32,504 nucleotides of DNA from Catajapyx aquilonaris (lineage: Eukaryota). Under the pieces are notes generated by a model. That model was not told the origin of the DNA. It ran no database searches and saw only the letters and a list, made by a program, of their open reading frames with translations. The position numbers and the translations under genes are program-made. The stretch lies in NCBI GenBank assembly GCA_000934665.2, contig JYFJ02006846.1, forward strand, positions 1 to 32,504, in the 5' to 3' direction. Position 1 is the first letter of the stretch. Each line of letters opens with the position of its first letter. This document shows, in pieces, positions 22,628 to 32,504 of the stretch.

Positions 22628-23939
22628 ATGCGTAGGATCAGCGTGAGAGCCTTAGCATTTTTACTAATTGCAACCGTTTGCATCGCTTCATACTTTGTGT
22701 ACATTGGCAAGTGTTTTAAGTATAAGTATTGTATGTCATTGTGCTTAATGTATAATTTTTTTTTGAACAGGATTACCTGAGTTGCCATGTCCTGAAATAA
22801 CACGCAATGCTGAATCACATGATGCAATATCCGCATTTAAATGCGACAGTTCACTGCAGCATGACAAGGATTTTTCATGGCTCATCACAAGGTTTGAGCA
22901 TTTTTCTAAGAAATTAATGATTGTCGTAACATATCGTGTATGTTTCAGAAATGTGGTGCACTATATACTTCCCGACGAGGACACCACTATTTTGGAACCA
23001 AGCTCCGTTTGTGGGACAGACAGCGTGTATCTCCTGGTGATTGTTCAAAGTGCGCCGTCTCATTCAAGGCAAAGAGATGCGATCAGACGGACTTGGGGAT
23101 CGGAACTGATGAGTATGAGAAGTGACGTTCGCATACTGTTCTTGCTCGGACTTGTTAATGACACCAGCTTGCAGGTATAGCCTTCTTGGACAGTGGTCAT
23201 TGCATGTGTTTGACACTCTCATTTAGTCTCAGGTGTCCGCTGAGATGGCCCAACATTGCGACATAGTTCAAGTCCAGTTGTGCGATGCGTATCAAAACCT
23301 GACGCTGAAGACTGTGCACATGCTGAAGTGGAGTCAGAAGCGATGTTCACAGGCTCGGTTCATCATGAAAGCTGATGATGATGTGTTCATCTCGCCAGTC
23401 AATCTCCTCCGCATCCTCGAGAACTCCAGTGTAAGCATGCTTGTTGCATACTCAAGCCAACATCCTATTCCGACTAATTCCAGGGTGATCTGATTGTTGG
23501 GCACGTACGCAAGGACTGGTCGCCGATCAGAAACCGCAGATTAAAGTGGTACATACCAGTCTCCCTGTACTCATCGGACCACCTTCCGCCGTTTGTGAAC
23601 GGAGGATCATACCTCTTCTCAGGATCACTTTTGCCTCAGCTCTACAAAGGATCTCTGGAGACACCGTTTGTCAACTGGGAGGACCTTTTTCTGACGGGTC
23701 TGGTGGCCGGAACACGATTGGGGTTGAACCTGACCCATAACCGTGGGTTTCACTTCGTCAAGCCAATGCACGAGTGTTCATACAAAGACTCTGTTCAGGT
23801 GCACGGATTGAAGCCTGAGGAATTGATGTCCGTGTGGGAAAAAGTGCTGGCTCTGAATACGAACGAGACGTATTACCACAGTTTGTGCGACAGTTGGTGG
23901 GTCAAAATGCTGGTTAATATATACCGAGATGGAGTGTGA
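22628..23939 (+). CDS. GT31 family beta-1,3-galactosyltransferase/brainiac-like glycosyltransferase (~361 aa)
   Basis: Exons 22628-22706, 22771-22891, 22949-23174, 23227(or 23233)-23430 and 23484-23939. N-terminal type II TM anchor. Motifs RDAIRRTWG, ILFLLG, DAYQNLTLKT, KADDDVF, KWYIP, GGSY, EDLFLTG. Confidence 0.92.
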
Positions 23940-23987
23940 GGTTACGATAACAGACACTTTGCAATGTAATAATATATTGTTTTAATT

Positions 23988-24607
23988 TTAAGAACAAAAG
24001 TGTATTAAAATAAGGGCAATTAACGCAATGGTAAGACTACATGTCGCTTTGTCCTTCTGACTTTCACTGCTGGTGTTACGTGTAAAAGGCTTGTTGCAAT
24101 CGTCATCGGTGCAAGAGCAGCTGTTGACTGTGCCCAGTGACACAAAGGTGATGTTGTGACACCCCATATCCTCCTTTGGTGACATCCTCTTGCAGAAGAG
24201 TGCTTTCCAACCACCTGTCAACGACATTGAACAGTTATTCATACGCAAATATTCAAAGAGTTCAAAACTTACTTTCATGGCGCATGGTGATGCACGCACT
24301 TTCTTCGAAATAGGGACAGTTGTATTGTCTCGGATTCTCATCCGTCTTGGCCCCTGTGAACCTGCATCCCTTTATGTTGGCTTCGAACAAGTCATGCGAT
24401 TGCTCATCGGCATACTTTGATTTGATGACTTCGCCTGCAAGTCCTTCAGGTATGCATATATAGCACTGAAGACACTCACCTATATTAAAAAATCACTGTG
24501 TGCTAGAAAATACTGAAGTGTGATTTATACTGCTAGGTGCACTCACCTGCTTCAAAAGACAAGGTCACAATGGTCAGAAGATAGGTCAGTGACATGGCTG
24601 CACTCAT
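23988..24607 (-). CDS. Ly6/uPAR three-finger protein, paralogue D (~164 aa)
   Basis: Exons 24607-24547, 24479-24273 (LQCYIC...GCRF...NCP...ACI) and 24214-23988 (FC...GC...SCSCTDDDCN plus hydrophobic tail). Confidence 0.85.
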
Positions 24608-24712
24608 TTTGTTGGCGGTTTCCATGCAAACATGCATAATAATTGAGGGTGAATTCCTGTGAACTCCGGAATGTTCGTACCGCAGAAGAATAACGACGCT
24701 TTATTCACACTT

Positions 24713-25330
24713 TTAGTCACACAACCAGCCGGTGACTTCCATTGTTAAAATGACAAGCACTAGAGTCGTCACCAAATCGCAGGTCATACGAGAGTCTCCA
24801 GCGCCTGGAAGCACGTTGCAAAAATCCTCTTCGCACCTCGTTAACTGGATGCCTTCGTCTTCCCAGGTTTCTAAAACTGAACTGTTAGGCCAAATGTTTT
24901 TGGAGTACTCGTAGCAACCAAGTGCCGTGAAAGTTGCTGTAAAATAGTCACATCGCTTGTTTCAATATTTAGAGAGGGGATTTAATTGTAAGTACTTACG
25001 ATCCGTATAGATAACGCATGCTCCGTCTCCTTTGGAGAAAATACATTTTTTTTTAAACCTTTCGTCATCCTCTTTGAATTTAGCGCAGCAAGGAATGCTC
25101 TCCGTGTAGTACAGCGCCATGTCTTGTGACACTTGGACAGTGTCATTGTGAAACTTTCCTTTCATACAATAGTAGCACTGCAGTAAGTTTGCACCTGCAA
25201 ATTAGCCGAAAGCTCTTCTTCCATTTGTTTGAAAGAGGTCAAAGTGCTGTTTGTTTTACAATGAGTGAGGTAACTTACCTGGTTGCAATTGAACGAGGGC
25301 CAAAATTATGAAGAGAGATATCCATGTCAT
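24713..25330 (-). CDS. Ly6/uPAR three-finger protein, paralogue E (~156 aa), lacking Cys7/Cys8
   Basis: Exons 25330-25279 (MTWISLFIILALVQLQP), 25194-25000 (LQCYYC...PCCAKF...KC...ACV) and 24936-24713 (LGC...RCEEDFCN plus tail). AATAAA on the minus strand at 24705-24700. Confidence 0.83.
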
Positions 25331-25454
25331 GACAGTGGCAGAATTTTATCTGTAAAGCTACAAACTTTATTGTTTAACAAACTCATCAGGTTACCACGGA
25401 ACCGACATAATATGTAATAATAAGCGCTTCGTACACTTTTATTGAGCATTATTA

Positions 25455-26138
25455 TCATGAAAAGTTTAAAGCAATGGCAATAATGGATACAAAAGCGGCA
25501 AAGGCTGAAGGCACGTTCAGTCCTGAAGAGTTGCAAAAATCTTTCTTGCACCTGCAGATGTACGCTCCTGCTTCGTACCTGCAGGACATATGACTGGTCC
25601 GCTCGTAGTACACTGCGCAACTTCGTGTGGTCACCGTCTCTGCCGATACACAAGTCATACAGTATCCATACTTTATCCATATAGTGAAAGTGGCTTACGT
25701 GACATGAAGGAGAAGCAGACTTGCGTGCCAATCCCTGGGTGATTAGGACACTCGTACTGGAAGTTTGGATCATGAGGGTCAAACCTGCTACAAGGGTACA
25801 TGTCCTGGTGGTCACCCGAGTCCCACGGGGTCATCCCATCCACGCTGCTCACATTGACCAGGTGATGCCCTGGGGTCACATCCGCACTGCTGACATTGAC
25901 CTGGTGACGACCTGGGGTCAGGTCGTCCACTCCGGGTATGTCAGGTCTGCATCTGTAGCACTTCAGACTCTGCCCTGGGAATAATTACACTAATAAGCTA
26001 ATTTGTTTTGTCCATTATTTTTATTATTAATTACAGTATTAATTATTAATTATTTTTATATTTGCAGATATAACTTTTACACCAACCTTTTTCCAGTGTG
26101 ATCAAGGCTACCAGTAGAACATACAAGGGTGATCTCAT
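25455..26138 (-). CDS. Ly6/uPAR three-finger protein, paralogue F (~170 aa)
   Basis: Exons 26138-26087, 25974-25699 (LKCYRC...PCSRF...ECP...VCF) and 25639-25455 (RSC...SC...ICRCKKDFCN plus tail). Probable 5'UTR intron at 26198-26148. Confidence 0.85.
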
Positions 26139-26464
26139 GATGACTCCCTATTAAAATTATTAATTAATGTCAGCTCCTGACATAATTAGACTCCTTACCT
26201 GTTCACTCGCCTTTGACTGTTTCCGGACTACCTGTTTTGGTTTTATATCGCTGAGTTTTTAGCCCCTTTGCATGTCAACTAACGAGGCCATTAAATGACC
26301 ATTTATCTGCTGGTCACTGCCATTAGCTTGACCCATAATTACTTTGTTTTCATCCAAGTAAAGCACGTTGCGTAGAAGGGCGACTTGCGATGTCACTTGG
26401 TTGATCCCAACAACAACGACGCCAGTGCAGGACAAACCATTTTTTAATTATTAACACCTTCATA

Positions 26465-27226
26465 TTACAGTACCCAGGTGACCATAAGCCACATCACAAA
26501 GGTGTTTAAGATGACCATAGAAGAGCTGGATACATCATTGCCCGATCTGGTTTTTTTCCCCAGCAAATTTGTCTCGTCTTCAAAGACTTTGTCCAGATCC
26601 GTGCAATGAGACCCGTCGCACTTGCAGACCATCACGGCATCGGTATCTTCAAAATACTTGCAGAAAGGGTACGTCTTATCTGGAGGGCCGCTGGAGCAAA
26701 ACAGCTTCCATATATTAGGCCTACCTGTTGTTTTTTTTTAACACAATAAAAATAGGCATTTGAGATCATGATGCGGGTCAGGCCACAAAAGCAAAATGAG
26801 GGTTAATCATTATTGGAACCATTTGATTTGCTTCTCAGGTAAAAGTAATCTACTAACCTAATTTGTGTCTGGCGCACACAGGGATCCCAGCCTTGGGCTC
26901 CGGACATTTTCCAGCGTAACTCATCTTCTCATTTACAAACTTGCGGCAAGTCGGGTACTCGCTCATCATGGTGCCATTAGGCCGGGTCCCAACTACTTCT
27001 TCGACATGTGAGGCGCAAACGTAGCATTCCAGAGACTCAACTGCACATAATTTGTATTTATTTGATACCGGCCTAAAGTATATATTTGAAATGAACTAAT
27101 TGCTAATTAGAAGCAGCCGGAACATATGAATTATTATCTGTACACTGATGGTCACTAACCTGTTTCAGGGATGACAAGAATGGTCAAGGCAGAAGTTACT
27201 AACGAAATGTGGAGCAAAAATTGCAT
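26465..27226 (-). CDS. Ly6/uPAR three-finger protein, paralogue G (~169 aa)
   Basis: Exons 27226-27160, 27040-26858 (LECYVC...TCRKF...KCP...VCA) and 26724-26465 (FC...FC...VCKCDGSHCT plus hydrophobic tail). Confidence 0.83.
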
Positions 27227-27449
27227 TGTTCAATTGCGAATATGCCACTTTTGAGCCCAATAATCATATTCTCTCATGTCTTATCCGGATTTGGTTCCAT
27301 CATGGCCTGCATTATACGGGACGAAATTTTTGTTGCTCAGTAATTGCATTGTTGACAATAAGTCATGTTGTTTGTTTCCAACAGTAAAAGATCCAACGGA
27401 AATATTGTTTCGTACTTGGACCAGGTTCTTTCCCACATTTTCACCGCAG

Positions 27450-28452
27450 TTATTTTTCTGTAATCTCTAGGTCAACCAGTTTCTCGTCTATAATCTCATC
27501 CGACATATACCTCCGGTGCACTTTCAATCTCGACTCTGCAACCTGGTCATCACTGTTGCGCAATTTTCTGGCATTGTTGACCCCCCCCACTGCACCTTTC
27601 GAGCTGAGGACACACATGTTTTCACCGTCTGCGACTAAGTTTACAAATTATACACAGATCATGCTGCTTTCTGACATATTCTTCTATTCTTCTTTATTAA
27701 CATAATGTAAGCTTAATTGATTTTTTTTTAAATCAGTGCCTGTGAATATTGACAGTGATGCTGTAATGTAGCCATGTTCTCCTTGAAGGCTAATGAGGCC
27801 TGTTGTCATATCAGGTGTAGAGTCGGATGCGTCTAAAGGTCACCAAATGAGCTTATTAGTGCATTACGCACATTTTAAAGTGCATTCAAATGCCATAATA
27901 ATAACTTTACGTACCTGACAAAAGCAGAAACCAGTTTCACCCATCTGTGCAAGATGCAAAAAGATTAAGGACCTTCTAATAAAATATATTGATTGCAATA
28001 TACCTGGATAAGACATAATGGTAGTGTGGGATCCAGATGAAACGATTCTGTGCTTTCGGCTTGGGAGCTGTGCCATTCACCATGCCGGGCATACTCTATT
28101 GATGTGATTAATAAAATGCTTTGGTAATATTGTTTTCCCAACCTCCAAACCAAAATGGCACAATTCTCCCATAGATTGGCTTCAAGCTTTCACTTACCTG
28201 AATCATATCCATGTCATCCTCATCTCCGTTTTCAAATCGAGGCATAGTGAACACCAGAGGTAGGGCTTGATAATAAATGTTGTATATGACAATGAATGCA
28301 CTGAGGATGAGAAGCGCAAATCCTTTCGTGTATGAAATTCCTATGGGACCTCCGCCTACAGTAGTAGCCTCCACTTGGTAAATTATCTGAGCCGCTTCAC
28401 ACTGCAGTATATTTAATACCAAAATCAAGACGAACCCAAATGAACGTGCCAT
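27450..28452 (-). CDS. Uncharacterised signal-peptide plus single-TM protein; 3' exon structure uncertain
   Basis: Exon 28452-28198 encodes MARSFGFVLILVLNILQCEA (signal), a TM segment FALLILSAFIVIYNIYY and an acidic patch, ending at a strong cag|gtaagt donor. Candidate downstream exons are 28095-28004, 27944-27915, one starting at 27832, and an open phase-1 exon at 27628-27450. Confidence 0.45.
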
Positions 28453-28747
28453 GATGTCCTTTGGAACCGCTCGACACAACTGAGCTTGAAACGGACATGG
28501 CTTTAATCGCAAGTGCAAACAGTAGAGTTCACATAACGGGTTGCTTCCTGCCATTTAAAAAAAAGGCCATAAAATTTGATGACATCTTCTCCATTTATTA
28601 GTCAATATGAATAAAGAACAATATGAGACTGCTGCAGGCATGAACCGCACTCCTGTATACATGAAAGGTCAGTGGACCTTGTGTTAATGTTTGTAATTAG
28701 GATTGCATGTCTGTTCGTATTGATGAAACTTTAAAAAATATTTCCAG

Positions 28748-28959
<212 letters not shown>

Positions 28960-29227
28960 TGATCATGTCGAGAACATAAAATTTGCAATTAGATCAACTA
29001 TTCTCAACACATGCATGGTGCACATGTCAATATGTAATTTTACAACGGACCATTGTTGAGGTTACAAGCCATCATGGCATGGCTGTAAAATAAAAGCACA
29101 TACAGCATATCATAATAATTACATTTTTACACATGGAAATTCTTCTAATTAAATTTAGCATCACTGAGCTTAAACACTGTGCAAGTAAAAATGAAAATGA
29201 TTACAGTACAAAATTTTATACTGTCCA

Positions 29228-30759
29228 TTAATATGACTTTGGATTAGGAGTCCCAATTTGGTGCATTTTCCCTACTCTTATGGTGATCATCATCTCATCG
29301 TGCAGTCTTAATGGCGGGGTCCCCAAGATTTTCTTGCGTTGTGAAAGCATGCGAAGATAAAGGTGTGGCCATACTGCAAAGGACACAATAATTATGTAGG
29401 CTACCATACCATTCAAAATATATTATCTGCATGGAGCACGATGAAGACGATGAATCTTACCTGGAATGTACAGCAGCGACAGAAATATTATGACGTATGG
29501 AAAGTAGAAAGTGAAATTGAGAGTGTTTGGCATCTGGATGGAACGCTTCCCAGTCTTGACGTACTCGGGGTATGCTAAATAGATACAGTTGAGCTCTCCA
29601 GTTACTCCGCATGGATACATGACGATGAACATGCTGTACCTGTGACAAAATACTCTATATGTAATCATCATCATACGGGTGTGTTCCCCTCTTCATGCTT
29701 CATTCACAAGGAGGACAGACATATCAACTGAACTAAACACTGAGCACCATAACAGCAGACGGCTTTAATTAGGAAGATGATATTATAATTGTGTATTGTT
29801 TGTGACCAAAATTAATTAATTATCCCCTAACATTGCTCTTTACACTTACGCTTCTCTTCATACACGCATGTTACAATGTTACCTGAGCCACATTAATACA
29901 TATGGTCTAAAGTTGATCATGGCTGAGGCGTAGAACAGGTACCGGATGATTTCGGTCAGGGTCCAACACAGAAACAGGAACGTGACCCACGGATTTCCTG
30001 TTACTTTAGGACTCAGGTCTTCCAAAAGCCACACATACCACAGACGTGATTGGATTTGCAGGAAGGTTGTCATGGCACTGGAAGGCAGCAAACCAAAAGC
30101 TGCATGTGCAATCTGCAGTACAGAAAAATACCTATAGTAAAATAAATTCCTCCTCATTTTATTCAGGATAACAGGATACTGGTTCTGCCAGGATATGAAA
30201 GTTTGTAATTGCATTTTTTTTAAACGGTTATACCGAATTGTACCTCTAGAACAGCCGCTGTTTGGAAGAATCTGATCGTTACAATGAAGCTGTTCCATGA
30301 TCCATTAAATGTTCCGTGTTCCGTGTAGTGGGTACAGAATCGATACAGAATCGAGCTCCATCTGAAATGATGATGGTGATTATCTAGATATATTTTGGTC
30401 AGTAACTTAAGGAAGAAAACTATACAATAAATTAGCGAATAACAGAGAGGACGCCACCTGTTCCAGACACTTTTTAAAATATATGTCTATAGTCAGATAA
30501 ATTTTAATTTCACCTCTAGACATTAAACATATCAACTCTCGATTTGAGTTTTTTTTTAATGTAAGTTATCCAAAAATGTACCGGTAGTGAAATCAATGTA
30601 GGCCTATACCACACAGTTGGCTAAATAAATTTGCACAATGAAATTAACAACGTGCTGGTGGTGTTTTACTTACCCAATAAATTGAGCTACATTGTAACAC
30701 AGCAGGTAAGCCTTGATTGTCTGGGACAAAGCAGGCTTCTTCTGCTGGCTGCCCGGCAT
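29228..30759 (-). CDS. HACD: Very-long-chain (3R)-3-hydroxyacyl-CoA dehydratase (PTPLA family), ~252 aa
   Basis: Exons 30759-30674, 30361-30244, 30112-29883, 29639-29461 and 29373-29228 total 759 nt. Motifs YLLCYN...GW, FFQTAAVLE, QIQSR, WTLTEIIRY, RYSMFIVMYPCGVTGE (catalytic Tyr/Glu), LYLRMLSQRKK. Confidence 0.92.
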
Positions 30760-31960
30760 CTTGAGTCCAATTATTATAATAATTATAGAGCTCTGCCCTG
30801 AACGTATGGACCAACTGAGCTAGAAATGAAGCTCTTCGACTGATATAGATCACGGTTGCTCAACAGGTATTTTTTACGGATATTTTCTGACGCCCAAGAA
30901 ACCTTATGCAAGTTTATCATGTAGGATACTGTACACGTGCGTAAGTTACATACAGTAGATATCTCTTTATGCATATAGGCAGGGCATAGGGTTGCGAAAC
31001 GATCCATACCCAAGTCTGGTACTTCAATTTTCACCACTCATATCTGCAACGTATATGTACTCATATATCCACATATAAGAGCAATAAAAAATGTTAATTT
31101 AAGTAAAGTTCATAACCTCAACAAGTAGTGTTGCCTGACTCAGCAATGGTACAACTAGAACATTACATGAGAAAATCAAGTCATGTACTTGTAATGGCTA
31201 ATACTAAGAGGCATATCCAACAGCCTCTTGGAATGAAAACCACTCTGAACAACCATAGCGACAATAACTTAGGGCCAACAAGATGTTTATGTGACAATCC
31301 GGTGGTCCTCTAGGGCCAAGAGGCCAGTGGACAATAAAATCATAATGTTGATGACAGTCCTCTGTTGCCTTTTCGCCATGTTGGCCCGTTGAGCCTACGT
31401 TGAGCAAGTATATGAAGATAAACTTGATTGGTGATGTAGAGTTCCATGGTCTGCCTTGAGTGTGTAGATCAACTGGTGGCGTTGAAATAAAACGCCTTGC
31501 CATGAATCCGGAAGATTTCTGCAATAGTATGCAGTTATGCACATTTTCTTGTTCATTCCTGTTGAAACCACCATTGCTCAATGGAGATTTAAAAAAAAAA
31601 AGAAGTAATGATTGCACCTAACAACATTGCAAAAAACAAACAACTTCTCACCTTTGTGGTTTTTCAAACGATTCTCTTCGACTCTTCTTTCTTCGAACTT
31701 CGTAAGCGAAGTTAACTCATCTCTGAGGTAATTATAGTTGTTAGAAGATTATTATATATACCATATATGTGTGGATAGGGCACGTTCAGTGATGATATCG
31801 ACAGTGTAGATAAGTCATACATATGCCCGCCGATTTTCTTTAATGCCCGCCTATTTAAAAAAAAGAAGACAAAACACGCGTATATAGGATAAATATCACA
31901 TATTATATTACATGTTATACATACATATTATTCATTATACATATAAGCACACACATACCT

Positions 31961-32163
31961 ACATATTGCACAACTTGTAGGCTACTGTACAATTTAGGCC
32001 CTACATATTGCACTGCTCAACTTTTGTACTGCACACATTACACAACTTATGTAGCCTACACATTACACAACCTCTGCATGCACATATGACACAACTCATG
32101 CACTGGTGCATATTAGTACACAACTTGCATACATATTACACAACTTGTATTGTTACACATATT
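31961..32163. repeat. Degenerate minisatellite (ACAYATTACACAACTT-like core)
   Basis: About 7 imperfect recurrences of a CACAACTT-like core preceded by ACATATTA/ACACATTA. Confidence 0.6.
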
Positions 32164-32410
32164 AGGCTATGGTCTGCAATGGCTTCATCCTTTTCACTTT
32201 CATTTGTAAGGCCTGCAGCCCATGCTGTCAGAAAGACCTGGGGCCAACCTGTGAGGTTTCATCCAGTTTCGTGTGCATTCGTGTGCATATGGAGTTTCTC
32301 CCTCCTGGTAAAACTGTCAACGGCAAGTATTAGGGCCTACTGGGATGGTTTGAGACGATTTAGGCTCAAATGGCCGGAGATGTGGAAGAACATAATTATA
32401 GACTGGAAGG

Positions 32411-32504
32411 GAGGCGAAGTGGCGCTGCGGTAACGTATGCGCCCACGGATGTTAAGGTCCCGGGTTCGATCCCAACCCGGGGACACCCCCTTCATCTCGT
32501 GCAG
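32411..32504 (+). mobile_element. tRNA-derived SINE head or tRNA pseudogene (may run off the window)
   Basis: Pol III A-box TGGCGCTGCGG (32420-32430) and B-box GGTTCGATCCC (32463-32473) at tRNA-like spacing. No pairable acceptor or anticodon stem. Confidence 0.6.

Noticed and set aside
31204..32433. ORFs 31204-31617 and 32008-32433
   Set aside because: Non-ATG starts and no recognisable motifs. The second overlaps a degenerate minisatellite.
32411..32490. Functional tRNA gene
   Set aside because: A and B boxes are present, but acceptor and anticodon stems cannot be paired.

Overview
Gene-dense eukaryotic DNA from an arthropod-like genome, with short (about 50-90 nt) GT-AG introns and TATA/AATAAA signals. 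It is not prokaryotic and has no CRISPR array. All gene models were spliced by hand and checked for reading phase. Left to right: (1) three small secreted Gly/His/Tyr-rich, cuticle-type genes flanking a 4-exon gustatory receptor whose last intron is filled by an ACGTCT-based satellite. (2) A 7-exon CCDC174 homologue (6720-21215, +) whose 11.4-kb fourth intron hosts two antisense genes. (3) Seven minus-strand, 3-exon, probably GPI-anchored Ly6/uPAR (three-finger, quiver/sleepless-like) paralogues spread over 8873-27226, interleaved with the CCDC174 3' exons and a GT31 beta-1,3-glycosyltransferase. (4) An orphan membrane-protein gene, an isolated frameshifted SMARCAD1-like helicase exon, a 5-exon HACD/PTPLA gene and a tRNA-derived SINE head at the right edge. 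The most notable system is the Ly6 array: highly divergent paralogues, a long hypervariable C2-C3 loop, phase-compatible exons and intergenic gaps as short as about 105 bp.
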